Assembly (NCBI GenBank): GCA_026914245.1
Contig: CP110439.1
Location: 5,022,001 to 5,086,000, forward strand
DNA: 64,000 nucleotides
Origin: Puccinia triticina
Lineage: Eukaryota
Direction of reading: 5' to 3'
Shown here: positions 24,666 to 37,498 of the stretch, piece by piece
Layout: each line of letters begins with the position of its first letter
How positions within the stretch are numbered: position 1 is the first letter of the stretch
Position numbers and translations under genes: made by a program
The notes under the pieces: generated by a model
What the model saw: only the letters and a program-made list of their open reading frames with translations
Told to the model about the DNA's origin: nothing
Database searches by the model: none

Positions 24666-27203
24666 TGGTTGCCATTCATAAGTGAATCTTTTGGTTGGAG
24701 GCTGTTTTGTTGACAAAGCAGGTTGATCAGTTTGTTGAATTGGAACATCCAAAGCAGGAGATTGAGGAATAGGTGGAAGAGTAGGTGGAGGCAAAGGTAA
24801 AGAAGTTGGGGGAGACAGGACAGACAATGGAGTAGAGTGAGAAATTGGCAGAGGTTTGTTTGAATTGTTTTGTTTCTTCTTGGACAAAGCATCAAGAGTG
24901 ATATTTTTGGAGTGCAAATCTACATCTGCACATGATGTGGGCAAAGTTGTGGGTAACTTCATCATTGCTGATGTAGAGTTATATGGGAAAGATAGTATAG
25001 AAGGGGTGAAATCTCTACTAATGATTGTTTGGCGAGATACAGGATCAAAAAATTGTAAGGCATCTCATCTGGCCTCATAGCCAAGGAAAAAGAAGGTTTT
25101 TGACGGCGGGAGAACCTTGGATGAAGGCGTCTGAAAATGTACATAAACCTTGAGGCCAAAAGGAATTAAAGTGTGAACATTTCTTGCTCAATCAAGGAAT
25201 GATTATCGATTAAAACCGAATTCGGTGATTGCCAGTTTAACGCTGAAGTTGGCAACATATTGATGAGTGAGGACGCAAACTTAGGAGCCTCATCCCAATA
25301 GTTCAACGGCACCGAGCATTGCGCAAGCATACAACGCATCTTCATCAAAAGCGTTTGATTAAATTGCTTGGCTAGACCATTTGTTTGAGGAGAGTTAGCC
25401 GGTTTTTGTTCCAAACAGATTCCACACTGCAAAAGAAAAGCCTTGAAAATTACTGAACCAAATTCTCCACCGCGATCCGTATGAAGTATTGCAGGCGTGA
25501 TGTCCAACTGATTCTTTATTTCATTTAGGTATGAAATGATCTTAGCCTCCAATTTGGATTTCTTTTGCATTAGAAAAATTTGATTGAACCAGGAAAAATC
25601 ATTGATCAAAACCAGAATATATCAAAAAGAATTTCGGGAATTCGGAGAAATCTGTAAGACGTACATGTGAATCATTTTGAACAGAACAGAAAAAGAAGGA
25701 AGGGGATTGCTATGTGAAGAACGCTTCAACTTAGCCATTCTACACACCTCACAATTTATTGATGATCCAGATTTTTCATTTGGCGAGATTTTCATCAATT
25801 CGAAAACAATTTTCAAATAGAAATTGGATGGGTGACCAAGAATTATGAGCCAATCTTTGAGAGAATTGCTTTCCTTGATAGAGCACAGTGTCCTCGAGGT
25901 GACCACGCTTGAGCCAGATGAAACATATAGATCACCATTCCGCGGAAATTGTTTGATTATTGTGGAACCCATATTCACCAAGAACAGCTTTTTCTTGTGT
26001 ATGCATTTAAATCCGTGATCCTCCAACTGTGAAACCAATATGAGATTACACTTGCCGGCAGGTGCAAGATAAACAGGATGTAAATCATATTTTCCGAATC
26101 GCATTGATCCGGTGTGAGTAATTTTGATGGAACCAGAATATGTTTTCATTGTCTTGTTGATTGACTGCAAGTTGGATAAGAGTCAAACATCGGAAACAGT
26201 TGATTTTGATGCACCCGTGTCAAGAATTAAACAAATTTGTTCACTATCAACAGGTCCAATATGAAAAGTAGTCTCATCTTTGATAAAGAAACCTGTATCC
26301 TCCAGATCATTTATGTTCTCTGTAACAGTGTCAGCAACATCTTCACCGTCTGATTTGTCTATTGATTTTAAACTTTGTGTACAAAGTTTGGTAAGGGATT
26401 TGATTAATTGATCAAGTTCTTGATTGCTCATCTTAGGTTTAGAAGATGAACCCAATGAATTAGATTGATTTTTTGTTGGAACTACGTTTCTGAATTTCTT
26501 CTCAACTGCTTGAAACTTGTCTTTGTTAGGTCAGATAAATGGTTTTGAGGAAATAGAATTAACTGAATTGGATATATGATTTCAACTATGTTCAATGCCC
26601 ATTTGAATAGCAAGTTTCTCAAATTTAAATGGAGTAACATTAAAAAGATTTTGAATAAGAGGGGCTAGTGATTTGTCATGTCAAAAACTTTTGAGGAAGA
26701 ACATCCCGGCCATTGCAGTGTTGACTTGAGTTCCTGGAGTAGCCAATTGGGCAGATTTTAAAGATGTATACATTGTTTGAAATTTACTAATGTGATCTGC
26801 AATAGATGTTCCGGGAACATAATCAAGATGAATGAGTGCAAAGAGTTTGTTGCCAAGTTTGATTAACGAATTTTTGCCACAAGCTTCAGCCAAATCCTTC
26901 ATAGCCTTAGAAAATGTATTGACTGCTTGAACAACGGGATAAAGATTGGCTGAAACGCATAGCTCAAGAAGAGTATATGCATTAGATTTCTTCTTTCAAA
27001 ACTTTTTCTCTTTTTTGTGTTCCTTGCACCAGACTTCATCAAATACTTCTTCATCACCACGACCAACAATAAGGTGTTTGAATGATTTCTTCCACTCTGG
27101 GAAATTATTGCAACAAAGTTTAGTTATTTGAATCTTGTCACTTTGATGATCATTGTTGCTTGACAAGGAGTCATCAATTTGCAGGTTTACTGGAAGCTCA
27201 GCC

Positions 27204-27745
27204 TAAGGCTGGCCCCCGTTCCCGGCCTCTCTGGGTATACCAGCGGTCTGCCCCGTGGGTATAGGGCTCCAGAACGCCTCTTCGCCTGGACCGTACCCGG
27301 CCTACCCGGCGGGTACAGTCCACGGGCAGCCTCAGAAATACCCGCGGGTATATCAGGTATGAGGAAGGTCATGTGCAGGTGCGCTGAGGCTACCAATCTG
27401 CACCCGCGTGGAGGAAGTGAGAAAAAAAATGCACATATCAAAAGTGAAAAGGTCCTTCAGCCCGGACTGGGGCCCTCATGGCTCATGGGCGCAAAGCGGG
27501 TGCAGTACATAGCTCTGGGCCTTTACAGGCCTTACCCGCGGGAATCGGGAACGGGTCGCGGGTATACCCGCGGGCTGGCGGGTATACCCGTAGCCCGGCC
27601 GCCCCGCGGGTACCCTGCTCCCGTTCCCGATACCCGCGGGTAAGGCTCGGGCTGCTCGATTTTGGTACCCGAGTGACAGGTATACCCGCGGGACGGGCGC
27701 CGGGCTAGCTCAAATTGGCCGGGTACCCCGCGGGATCCAGCCCCA
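27204..27745. mobile_element. hAT-type MITE inserted a few codons into Copia C gag
   Basis: 8-bp TSD GCTCAGCC, termini TAAGGCTGG / CCAGCCCCA, many TACCCGCGGGTA subterminal palindromes. Confidence 0.85.
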
Positions 27746-30700
27746 GCTCAGCCATCTTGTTCGTATTTATCTAGAAGTGTTTTTCTTATTTTGAGTTTTT
27801 TATAACTGTCAAGTAATGACTCTTGCTACCATGTAAAAATGGTAGATGATTACTTTATTGCAGCAGTTATAATATAAAACTCAATAAAAGTAAATAACAT
27901 TTTAAAGAATGAAATGTAACAGATTAGTTTTTTAAGAACAACTGTAATAATAAAATGTAGATAAATACCTTTAAAGAAAATGAATTGAATCAAAGAAACC
28001 TCAACACAATGATAACGATGACGACGCGCAAACACCAGGAATGTCACAACAAAACAGCCTAAAACAATTGATTATAAAAACAGAAAGATGTCAATAACAA
28101 GTTGAACGATGCTGGTTATCAACTAAGGAATAAGACTGTCTACCTGCCCAGAGACTGGTTCTAGCTCCTCCTGAGAGTTTGAAGTCGGCAAGAGTTAGGA
28201 TTGATTTTTGGTTTGATGATTGATTTGATGCGAAGAAGAATGTCTTTGAGTAAGGTTGAATCAATGAAGGTTGACGGGTTGACAATGAAAGCAACGATGA
28301 TTTGATAAGAAGAAGGGAACGGAACGGAAAGGGGAATTTGAGTTATTGGCAAATAGTGTTGTAGATGATCAAAGTTTTTTGAGCGGGGTTCTGATCAATC
28401 GTCATCACTATGTAGATCAATGACTCATGCAGATTGGTATGCATAGACGCATGCATAAACTAACATAAACTGAATTTGCAAGTTTAAAAACCAACAATAA
28501 ATACAAGTTTCTCACACGGATTGCTCCTAAACAAGGAAGGATTGATGGGGTTCTTCTGGATCTGGTCATGGATTTTGCTACATGGGAATGGCTCGAAAGA
28601 TTGAATAATCTGTTGCATGGAATCAAGGCAATTAATACTGCAACGGTGATGTATCCTTTTCATCTCTTTTTCCTTCAGCAATTGGTGTTCAGAACCATTG
28701 AATTGTTGTACAACACAGAAACAATCCCCACAGAACATCTCGTAAATTTCTTTGAGTTGAAGGCTACAAAAGATATTGCTAAAAGGAACTTTTATACAAC
28801 AAGAGAAATCCCCGCTCGCAACCTGCCTCCAGCAATACAACGTGTGAAACCTCAACCCTATTGCAAGTTGTGGCTATTCACACCTCAATTGACCTACCGC
28901 TGAGATTCCCGACGCCCTCCTGCTCACCAACCACACCATAGAAGTTTTTGGATGGAGTCCAAAAGTAATTGACTGTTTTTTGGAAATATTATGAGGAACT
29001 TTGGCAAAAAAAAAAATTTGAAGCCTCTTTGTAAACATCACCTCACATTTTTATTTGAAATCAAATATTTCCAACAAGATCTACTGGAAGAAAAGATATT
29101 TACTCAAACTTTATCAAGAAGTTCCAGCAGATATTTTCTGTCCTCCAACACTTCAAGGAAATATTTTCTTGTGGTGTTACCGGGAGCGTAGTGGGAGGTT
29201 GGTGGAGTCCATGGAGCCGTCCAGCCCCTCCCTGTACTTGCCAGCCTAAGAAATGTATGTGGCTTAAACAGCTGCTCAATTTATCTCACGCCTACCGGCG
29301 GAGATAGCGGCGTACAGGGACTAGAGGGAGGTCACCAAACCCTTGACCAAGGACTCGAGGTCAGGAGGAACTTAGAGCTTTCCCCCTCCCAATCCAAGCG
29401 TCACGCTCCTCCCCATCCTCCTCTCCCATATCCTGAATTCCATCCAGCAACCATCCGCTCCCACTCACCCTTTTCCTGGATCAAAAACTTTTTGTGTACT
29501 TCCTTTAAAAATAACATAACACACAGAAATAACCAGTTTAACTTCAACCCCCACTTCTGTAAAATCCAAAAACCCTATCTTTAACATGTCATCAACACCC
29601 ACGCTTTCTCCACCGTAACTCATTCCCCCCCCCCCCCCCCCCAAAAACCTTAGTTGCCAAATGTCAGGACTGAATATCTCTGACGCAACAAACTCTGTGA
29701 AAGCCGCTGCCCAACAAACCACCCCCAAGGCAGGTGAGGAAAGCCAAATGGCCCAACACCCCGTCACCCAAACCCAAGAGCCGGACGTAGACAAAAGCCA
29801 ACAGGCCACATTGTTGCAAGCCCCAGGTCCGAACCCCAAGCCGCCCAAAGCAACAAAATCGGTGAAAGCTTCCAAGCCTACGACCCGCGCAGCAGCAAAA
29901 ACCAACGCAAATACCCCAAGAGCTGAACCTGCCTCAGGATAACCCCCAAAAGGGCCGCTCCACAACCCGGAGATTGCTGAGATAATTGGCCCGGTATGCG
30001 GTAAGCACCAAGAAACCAAGCTGGAGAAAGAACCAGGACTGACCATGACACCACATGAGACCTCCCAATAGAACCGGCCGCGGTCAAGAAAGAGCCGGTA
30101 TCCATCAAAGTTGAAGAGAAATCAAACAAGGCAGCCAACCGCGAGGCTTGTGCAATCCTCATGACCAAGGTGTTACAAGCGGAAAGAGCGGGAGACGACA
30201 CAAAGGTCAAACGCTACATGAAGATGTTCAAAGCCGTCCTGGCAGACCAGAAGCCAGCCCCCCAGAAGACAGCGTTGAGATGTGTTGGACCCACAATCAC
30301 CCAGTCACCGGTCATCCCACAGAAGAGACCAGCAACCCCCAGCGAGATAACGCAAGTACGGAATGTCAAATTCATCACGGGGTGATCAAACTCCCACGAC
30401 GATGGTGGTTTCCCCCCCTACTTCCACAAACTCCTCCTCAAATGTAAAGGCCCACTTCCCCTCACCATTTTCAACAGGGAATGGCAAGAAAAAGCCCTGG
30501 CCAAACATTCGAAAAACCAACCAAAGATTGAAGAATCAGCCTTGGAAAAGGGACTACGCTATCACAGCTTCCCAGTCCCAGACAAGCTCTCTCAGAACTT
30601 CTCCAACTGGACCCTCAACCACTGCTGCTTCTAATTAAACATGTGGGACAGTTTCCACTACCCAGTCCTTGCGGAATGGATCCTAGCTCACAAGGAGCAC

Positions 30701-33054
30701 TGCTACTGTCTCCCCCGGAAACAAGGCTTCATGGTAGCCCTGAGGTACGGCATCCGGATTTGAAACAACGTGTTTGCTTTCTGAGTCAAAGAAAAAGGAG
30801 AAGAATTGTTCTCCAAGATTTCCCAATTCAAGCAGGAAACGGCCAATGAAGCCATCTCCACCTGTCGGGACTTCAACAAGATAGGCCTCCAAGACAACCC
30901 ATATGCAATGGGCGACAGCAAGGTCAGAGGCGACCCGATGAAAGGGATCCAACCCTCAAAATCTAACAGGTGCAACCCCCCAGCTCATCCCAACCCACCA
31001 AAAACCAAGTCAAACCAAAAAGGGACCATGGATGAGTCCTCCTCCACAATGCAAGGTCACTCTTCCCTTCCCCCCAAACCCAATCAAGGCTGTGTGCCCC
31101 CTGGAAGCGGGTACAAGGGGAACAATTTCAACCCAAACCACACTGGAGGAAGCATGCAAAACCCGACCACAACCAGTAAGTGACATAGACCCTCTCCCTA
31201 ACCCTTTTATTTTTTGTCCCCCCTAACTCCCCTGTACTCTTGTTGCAGAACGGCCCCTTTCTAGATCCCTCGAGGATGTCTCCCCCCTTCTCCCATCCTC
31301 CTCTTAGCACCCCATACAATTGTCCCTACTCCTTCACCATGTTTCCCCACATCCCACCATGCAATGGATACGTGAGAATCCCACCCTAACATGTGTGAAT
31401 TCTGTGCACCTCATTAGGGACAGATTGCCTGAGCAGAGAGCAACCCCTGAACCTGAGAGGAAAAACCTGGGTCTCCCAAAGTGGCCTACCCGCGTGACCT
31501 GTGAGATGGATATTGATGAATGAGAAAAAGCTCTAAGCCAAGCAGGGCTAGCTGAGAAATATAGTGATTTCATCTGCGGCTTCAAGAAGGGTTTCCACCA
31601 AGGAATCCCAGAGCACAACCTGGGACCTGGAATCCCATACTACACCCCACCAAATCACCAAGGATCCATGCTGGCAAGAGAAAAGATTGAAGCCACCATT
31701 GCAAAAGAGATTGTGGCAGGGAGAATGTTTGGGCCGTTCTCTCACAAACAACTGATGGAACAATATGGATTCTTCCAAACATTTCCTAGATGTGGGGCTA
31801 AACTTGCCTTCCATTTGAGCCTTCCTATTATGGATGTATGCAAGGCATCCAAAAGTTTGGATGTAGTTAAGGTTTGGCTTGTGGCCGTACCATAGCTTGT
31901 ATGCTGAATGCGGAAGCCCATTCCTTGATTTGTTGAAGATTTGATTTTGGATGAAAACTGCTGCATCGCACGCCAAACTCCAATATTTGTTGGATATCCC
32001 GCTGTGGAGTAGCAAGGACCTTGCCTTTGTCAATATGGTTTGCATGAAGCGCTCAATCAGGCCGTTTTGTTGGGGGGTGTATGGAGCGTTAGTGTTCTTA
32101 ACAATACCAAGAGAGTCACAGAAAGGAATCAGGAGTGAATTGAGAAACTCGCCGCCTCCATCGGTTGTAATCATCTTAACCTTTCTGTCACAAAGTCTTT
32201 CGGCACGGGTTATGAATGATTGAATTGCATTGAAAACATCTTCTTTAGTTTTTGATTTTAGAAAAGAAATGAAAACCATTCTAGTGTGTTCATCAACAAT
32301 CAACATGAAATACGAGTGATTGAATATACAAGGAATTCTAATAATGCCACTCAGATCTGTATGGATTTTGTCTAGAGGATGGAGGGAATATGGTTTTACT
32401 CCGGTTAGCGGGAGCTTGGTTGATTTACTGAGCTTGCAAGTGTTGCAGCTTACGTCCGCTAGAGTCTTTTTTAAGTACGTTGGGTTCAGATGTCCTAGAC
32501 AATTGTGATCTGTATTGAATGTGATATTGTCAGCTTCATTCGGGGTCATAGAATTGATATGAACTTTGCTGACAGGTTCAATCTTGACGACCATGAGGTT
32601 ATTGACGTATTGACCGTGGAGGAATGTTTCATCATCAAAAGCAACAATGAATTTTGACAAGTTGTTTGGGTCTTGCACCTCTATAGCGCCCTTTTGTTTG
32701 AGAGCCCCGGCTGCAATTAAGTTGTTCCTTAGATGGAATATATAGCGAGTGGGTCAGAGTGAACTTTTCAATGGTGAATCCTTGAATAACAACATTGCCT
32801 CTAGCTTCCACCTTCAATTCTTCTGAGCCAGCCGTCATTATTTTATCTAGAGATTTTGACGTTTTATTGACGTTATTGAAGAAACTGTAGTCATTGAACA
32901 TGTGGCTTGATGCCCCAGTGTCCCAGATTGCCTCAAATTTTGGATGCACTGTGTTAACTTCATTACCACACGCCATGAAGACGTAGTTCTTCTTCTTTTT
33001 GGCGATTGTGGTTGTCCCGGTATGACTGGCAATATTGATGGATTTGGTCTGGTC

Positions 33055-33441
33055 AACAAAGGGTATTTACGCTACACGTAACGCGTAGATAACGGTAACG
33101 TGACAAAATTTTTGTCGTTATCTACGCGTTACGCGTAACGGCAGTGCGATTACGTTATCGCAACACGTTGAGCCGGTTTTTCTTATGCTCGTTGCGTTAT
33201 CCGGGCGCGCGGAGCCCTTGAGAACGGGCAAAAAATGAGGCTAAAAAGCCTTAAATGGTCTGTTATCGCATTATCCGGGGGATAACGCAATAACGGGCCT
33301 CATTTTTGGGGCCCGTTACGTTACGCGCGGGGACTGAAATTACCCCGTTACTAGTAAAGTAACGGAGGGCCCCGGATAACAAGGGTAGTTATGTTACCAA
33401 AATTGCGCGGATAACGCAACGTAACGTAACTACCCTTTGTT
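33055..33441. mobile_element. Mutator-like MITE in Copia B gag
   Basis: TIR AACAAAGGGTA / TACCCTTTGTT, perfect 9-bp TSD GGTCTGGTC, CGTAAC/GTTACG subrepeats. Confidence 0.9.
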
Positions 33442-36400
33442 GGTCTGGTCAGATTGGTCAGATTGCAATGATTCGAGCTTGGCAACTTTTGCAATGTTGG
33501 CTCGGCTCTTTGGTGGATTGAGTCCTCTGGCTTCAAACCATTCTTGTTTGGCTTGGGTGTTTCCGGGTTTTTTGAAGCACTTTGACGCCGGATGGGGTCC
33601 TTGACATTTTTCCGGGGTGCATTGTTGTCAATCTGATTGTGGTTGTCTTGATGTGCTGCCAGCAAGCTTCAGGTTATGAATTCCATCACTGATTTTTCCA
33701 GTTGCAGAGAATTTAAACTCGTTATTTTCATCTTTGTATTGCTTTAGGGAACAGATAATTGATTGAGTATTGATTGGTTTGACGTTCTGGAGAATGTGTC
33801 TGACTTTGACAGAATGAGATGTGTGCATTGAGTGAAGTAATCTTCTACCCATACTGGCTTCGTCGAGTGTGCCGCCTCAATTGAAAATTTCATTTTTGAG
33901 CTTGAGAAAATCGTCAATATGAGAAGAGATTGAGGTTTTGAAGTCTTGTTTGAAGTTCTCGATTTTGTTTTGAACCAGGTATAGTGTTGCTTTGTTGTCT
34001 GCTTGGTGAAAGTCTTTAACTAAGTTCCATAGGTGTTCTGGGCCTCGTTTGACGAGGGGAATCATTCTTCCAGGGGTAGTTTGTGCGTCTGGGTTCTCTT
34101 CAAGTTCTTCGTTGGTTGGAGGGATCATTTCTCTAACCATTGGTATTTCAACGTCATTTATAGCTGTTCTGAATCTTGCAGCGTTTGTCTTGTCCATTCT
34201 AGAGTACATGAATTCAATGATACATCCTCTATTGATTTCATTAATTGCTTGAACAACTGAGAGGTCGGTAAAGTTGATATCTAGAAGGTAATTAGCCAGA
34301 AAGATTGAGTTGAGAGCTCCTCCCACTTGACAACACCGAATGGTGTAGTTTTTGTCCGTGAGATCTTCTATTCCTTTAAATTTGTTGAGCATAGAGGACA
34401 TCGCAAACGCATGTGCTTGGTCTGCACCGAGAACAAGACCTCCTCGATTGATGGCATTCTTGGAAGCTAGTTTTTGGGCGTTTTGGATTCTGAGTTGTTC
34501 TCGGGCTTGTTCCAATTGAGCTCGATCTCCTTGAGCAGGTGGTGGAATTGGGTTTTGGGTCTGTTTGGCCATTGATCTCTCGCTACCATGTAAATTCTAG
34601 ACAGAAATGGACCTGGGATTTGAGCAGTATAGCTTTATGGGACAAAAATTGTACCGTGTAAATAATCTCTGACAACGACAACGACTTCTCAAGCAAACAC
34701 ACCTGCGGTGGAAAGCGCAGTTGTGTTGATTTTAGATTTGGTTATGGATTTGGGTGAAGGACGCGTGTAAGAGCACAATGATTTAGTCTCTTCTTCACGG
34801 GTTGATAGTTTAAACGCGTGAATTTTATTTCAAACTAACCTTTATGGGACAAAAATTGTACCGTGTAAATAATCTCTGACGACAACAACAACTTCTCAAG
34901 CAAACACACCTAACATGGAAACAAAAGAAGGAGAGAAAAAGATAAGGACAAATAAGCAATGAACAATGAGACAGTAATAAGATGATATGTAGGAATAGAG
35001 GAGTTATTTTATATTAGTGCATACCTGCGGTGGAAAGGGCAGTTGTGTTGATTTTAGATTTGGTTATGGATTCGGGTGAAGGACGCATGTAAGAGCACAA
35101 TGATTCTGGATGGATGATAAAAAGGGAAAAAGAAGATAAAAAGAAGTTGGATAAAATTATTGTTAGTTGTTGTTGACTAGTTGTTGAGGTTTGAGTGATG
35201 TCTTTGAGGAAATTTTGTGCTTACTAGTCTCTTCTTCACGGGTTGATAGTGTAAACGCGTGAAGAAAAGACTAGCAAGCTCGGGGCGGGATGAATTTGCT
35301 TTTTGGCGTTGGGATCCTGATAGGGTTAGGTTAATGTTTGGTATATTCAAGATGTGTTGAGGCTAAAAACCCTCACTTTACATTGCTACTCCCCAACCTC
35401 CTCTTGTCTCCTGATACTCCAAATGTGGAGTTTGTCCACCCCACACTACAACACCCCCCCTCAAACTCCACACCTCTAAATACAATTAGACTGAAAAAAT
35501 GGAAAAATGAAGGTTAAAAATATAGGTGTGATGAAAGCGGAATTAAGAAATGATAAAAACATTGAGAAACTGTATCATCGGAAAATCTTCTTCATGGAAA
35601 TGGAATGGAGAGTTGTCTTGAGAGGTTTAGTGAAGAAATCGGCGATGTTGTCGGAAGTCAATACCCATTCAAGCTTGATGTTGTGTTCGCCTACCGCATT
35701 GTTAACAAAAAAGAAGTTCCTTTCTAAACTTTTCATTTGTCCTTTCGAGGCATTGTCGTCGGATACCAGAACCGCCGCCCAATTGTTGCATTTGAGAATC
35801 AAGTTCGGATTGATGTCGAGAGATTGTACAATCGGTATGAGGAAAAGAAGGAAGTCCATTGATGATCCAATCAAAATGAATTCCGCAGCGCATGTCGAAG
35901 TCGCCACGACCTTCTGTCGTCGAGAACCCCACGCAATGGGGCTGCCGAGAAATGTGATTATGAAACCTGATGTTGAGCGCTGGTATTCGCCTCCCCAGCT
36001 TGCATCGGACCAAGTAATCAGATGGTCATCCGTACATTCCAATTTTAACCATTTGTCCTTCGTCGTCGCCAAATACTGAACTAAGTGTTTGAGACCGTTC
36101 CAATGAGTTTCATCCGGATTTGCGCTGAAACGCGCCAGATAGTTTACTGAATAGCTTAAGTCCAGCCTTGATCCGAGAGCAATGTAGTTTAGGGATCCAA
36201 TCAGGGATTGGTATAAAGTTGCATCAATCGGCTCCTTGTTCGATGTCGTCAAGTTGTTATCCACGAGAGGTGTGTAGGTTGGGACAATGACTGGCTGGAC
36301 TAGTTCTTGAAACTTTGCGACCGTTTGATCCGTCAGGAAGGGTTGACTCAAAAAAATGGCGTTGTCTTCATAATCCAATTTGATACCGACTAGTTTATCT

Positions 36401-37202
36401 GGTTTGTCGTCCCATCTCACTCGTAGGTTCTTCTCCATATTGCCGCGTAACAAGCCAAGAGCTGATGGGTCATTGCTGAACACTATCCCGTCATCGACGT
36501 GAATCCAAATGATGATGACCGAGTCGCCTTTTTTGTATCTGTAAAGGCACTCCTTGACTTCATCGCAGTCAAATCCCCACCCTTGTAACAGACCTTTAAA
36601 ATGTTTCCACCAGCATCTGCTGGCCTGACGCGTACCGTAAAGTGCTTTTTTGAGTTTCAGGACCTTACCCGCAAGATGCGGAAAAAGTTCGACCGGTGGA
36701 TCGACGTACATTGTCTCGTCAATAGGGCTATGTACAAAAGCGCCCGTGATGTCGAATGAATTGATCCTCCATTTCTTCTTGATGGCGAGGGTAATGAGTA
36801 GTCTGAGCGTCGTAAGTGAAGCTGTGGGTGCAAATGTTGATTTTACGTCTCTGCCGAGTCGCTGTTTGAAACCTCGGACCACAAACCGGGCTTTCAGTTT
36901 CTCGATTGTACCGTCCGATTTGCGCTTGATGTCGAAAACAAAACGAGTGCCGATGGAGTGTTTCCGTTCCTTTTCTTCGATGTCGAAAGTGTCGATTTCC
37001 ACCAGCTGATCCCATTCAGATATACACGCGGTTCGCCATCGATCACTTGCAGGACCGCGTAGGGCCTGGCGCAGATTGATCGGAATTTCTGCATCGGAAA
37101 TTGCCTGGATATTGTCGATTTGATCGTCTTGAGCATCACATGTTTCTTTTGTTTTTTCTTGGCCAAGGTGTAGAGGTAGTATATGTTGTACACCTCACAC
37201 CT

Positions 37203-37274
37203 GTGGATATAGCTCAACGGTAGAGCAACCCAGCATGCATCGGGGAGATGCGGGTTCAATTCCCCCTGTCCGCA
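37203..37274 (+). ncRNA. tRNA-Ala(TGC)-like sequence in TRIM 5' LTR (pseudo-tRNA / putative Pol III promoter)
   Basis: 72 nt. Acceptor GTGGATA/TGTCCGC, D-arm GCTC-AACGGTA-GAGC, loop CATGCAT, T-loop GGTTCAATTCC. One mismatch each in the anticodon and T stems, and A at position 33. Confidence 0.75.
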
Positions 37275-37426
37275 CTATTCCTTTTACTCGCTCTACAGGT
37301 TATGAGCCCAGCGCTATAGGCAGCTGCGTACCTGGGATGAGCCTCTGGGAGGATTAGTGGGCTCTGTCACCGGTGTAGGTGTACAGGGGGTGTGTAGAGG
37401 TAGTATATGTTGTACACCTCACACCT

Positions 37427-37498
37427 GTGGATATAGCTCAACGGTAGAGCAACCCAGCATGCATCGGGGAGATGCGGGTTCAATTCCCCCTGTCCGCA
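37427..37498 (+). ncRNA. tRNA-Ala(TGC)-like sequence in TRIM 3' LTR
   Basis: Identical to 37203-37274. Confidence 0.75.

Larger units (their letters stand above)
17377..28496 (-). mobile_element. Ty1/Copia LTR retrotransposon C (degenerate; 3' LTR reduced to ~34 bp; hosts Copia A and a hAT MITE)
   Basis: 5-bp TSD ATAAA. 5' LTR 28496-27832 (TGTTGG...TTTACA), PBS TGGTAGCAAGAG, gag ATG at 27755. Protease ILDTGAS (26183..26455), integrase HTDRGGEF (25166..25609), RT SLYGTKQ/HMDD (17921..18409), RNase H ADADYG...ISWTTKKQ (17327..17854). Confidence 0.9.

Noticed and set aside
37203..37498. Two functional tRNA-Ala genes
   Set aside because: They are parts of identical LTRs with TSD, PBS and PPT. 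Stem mismatches and A33 argue against a translating tRNA.
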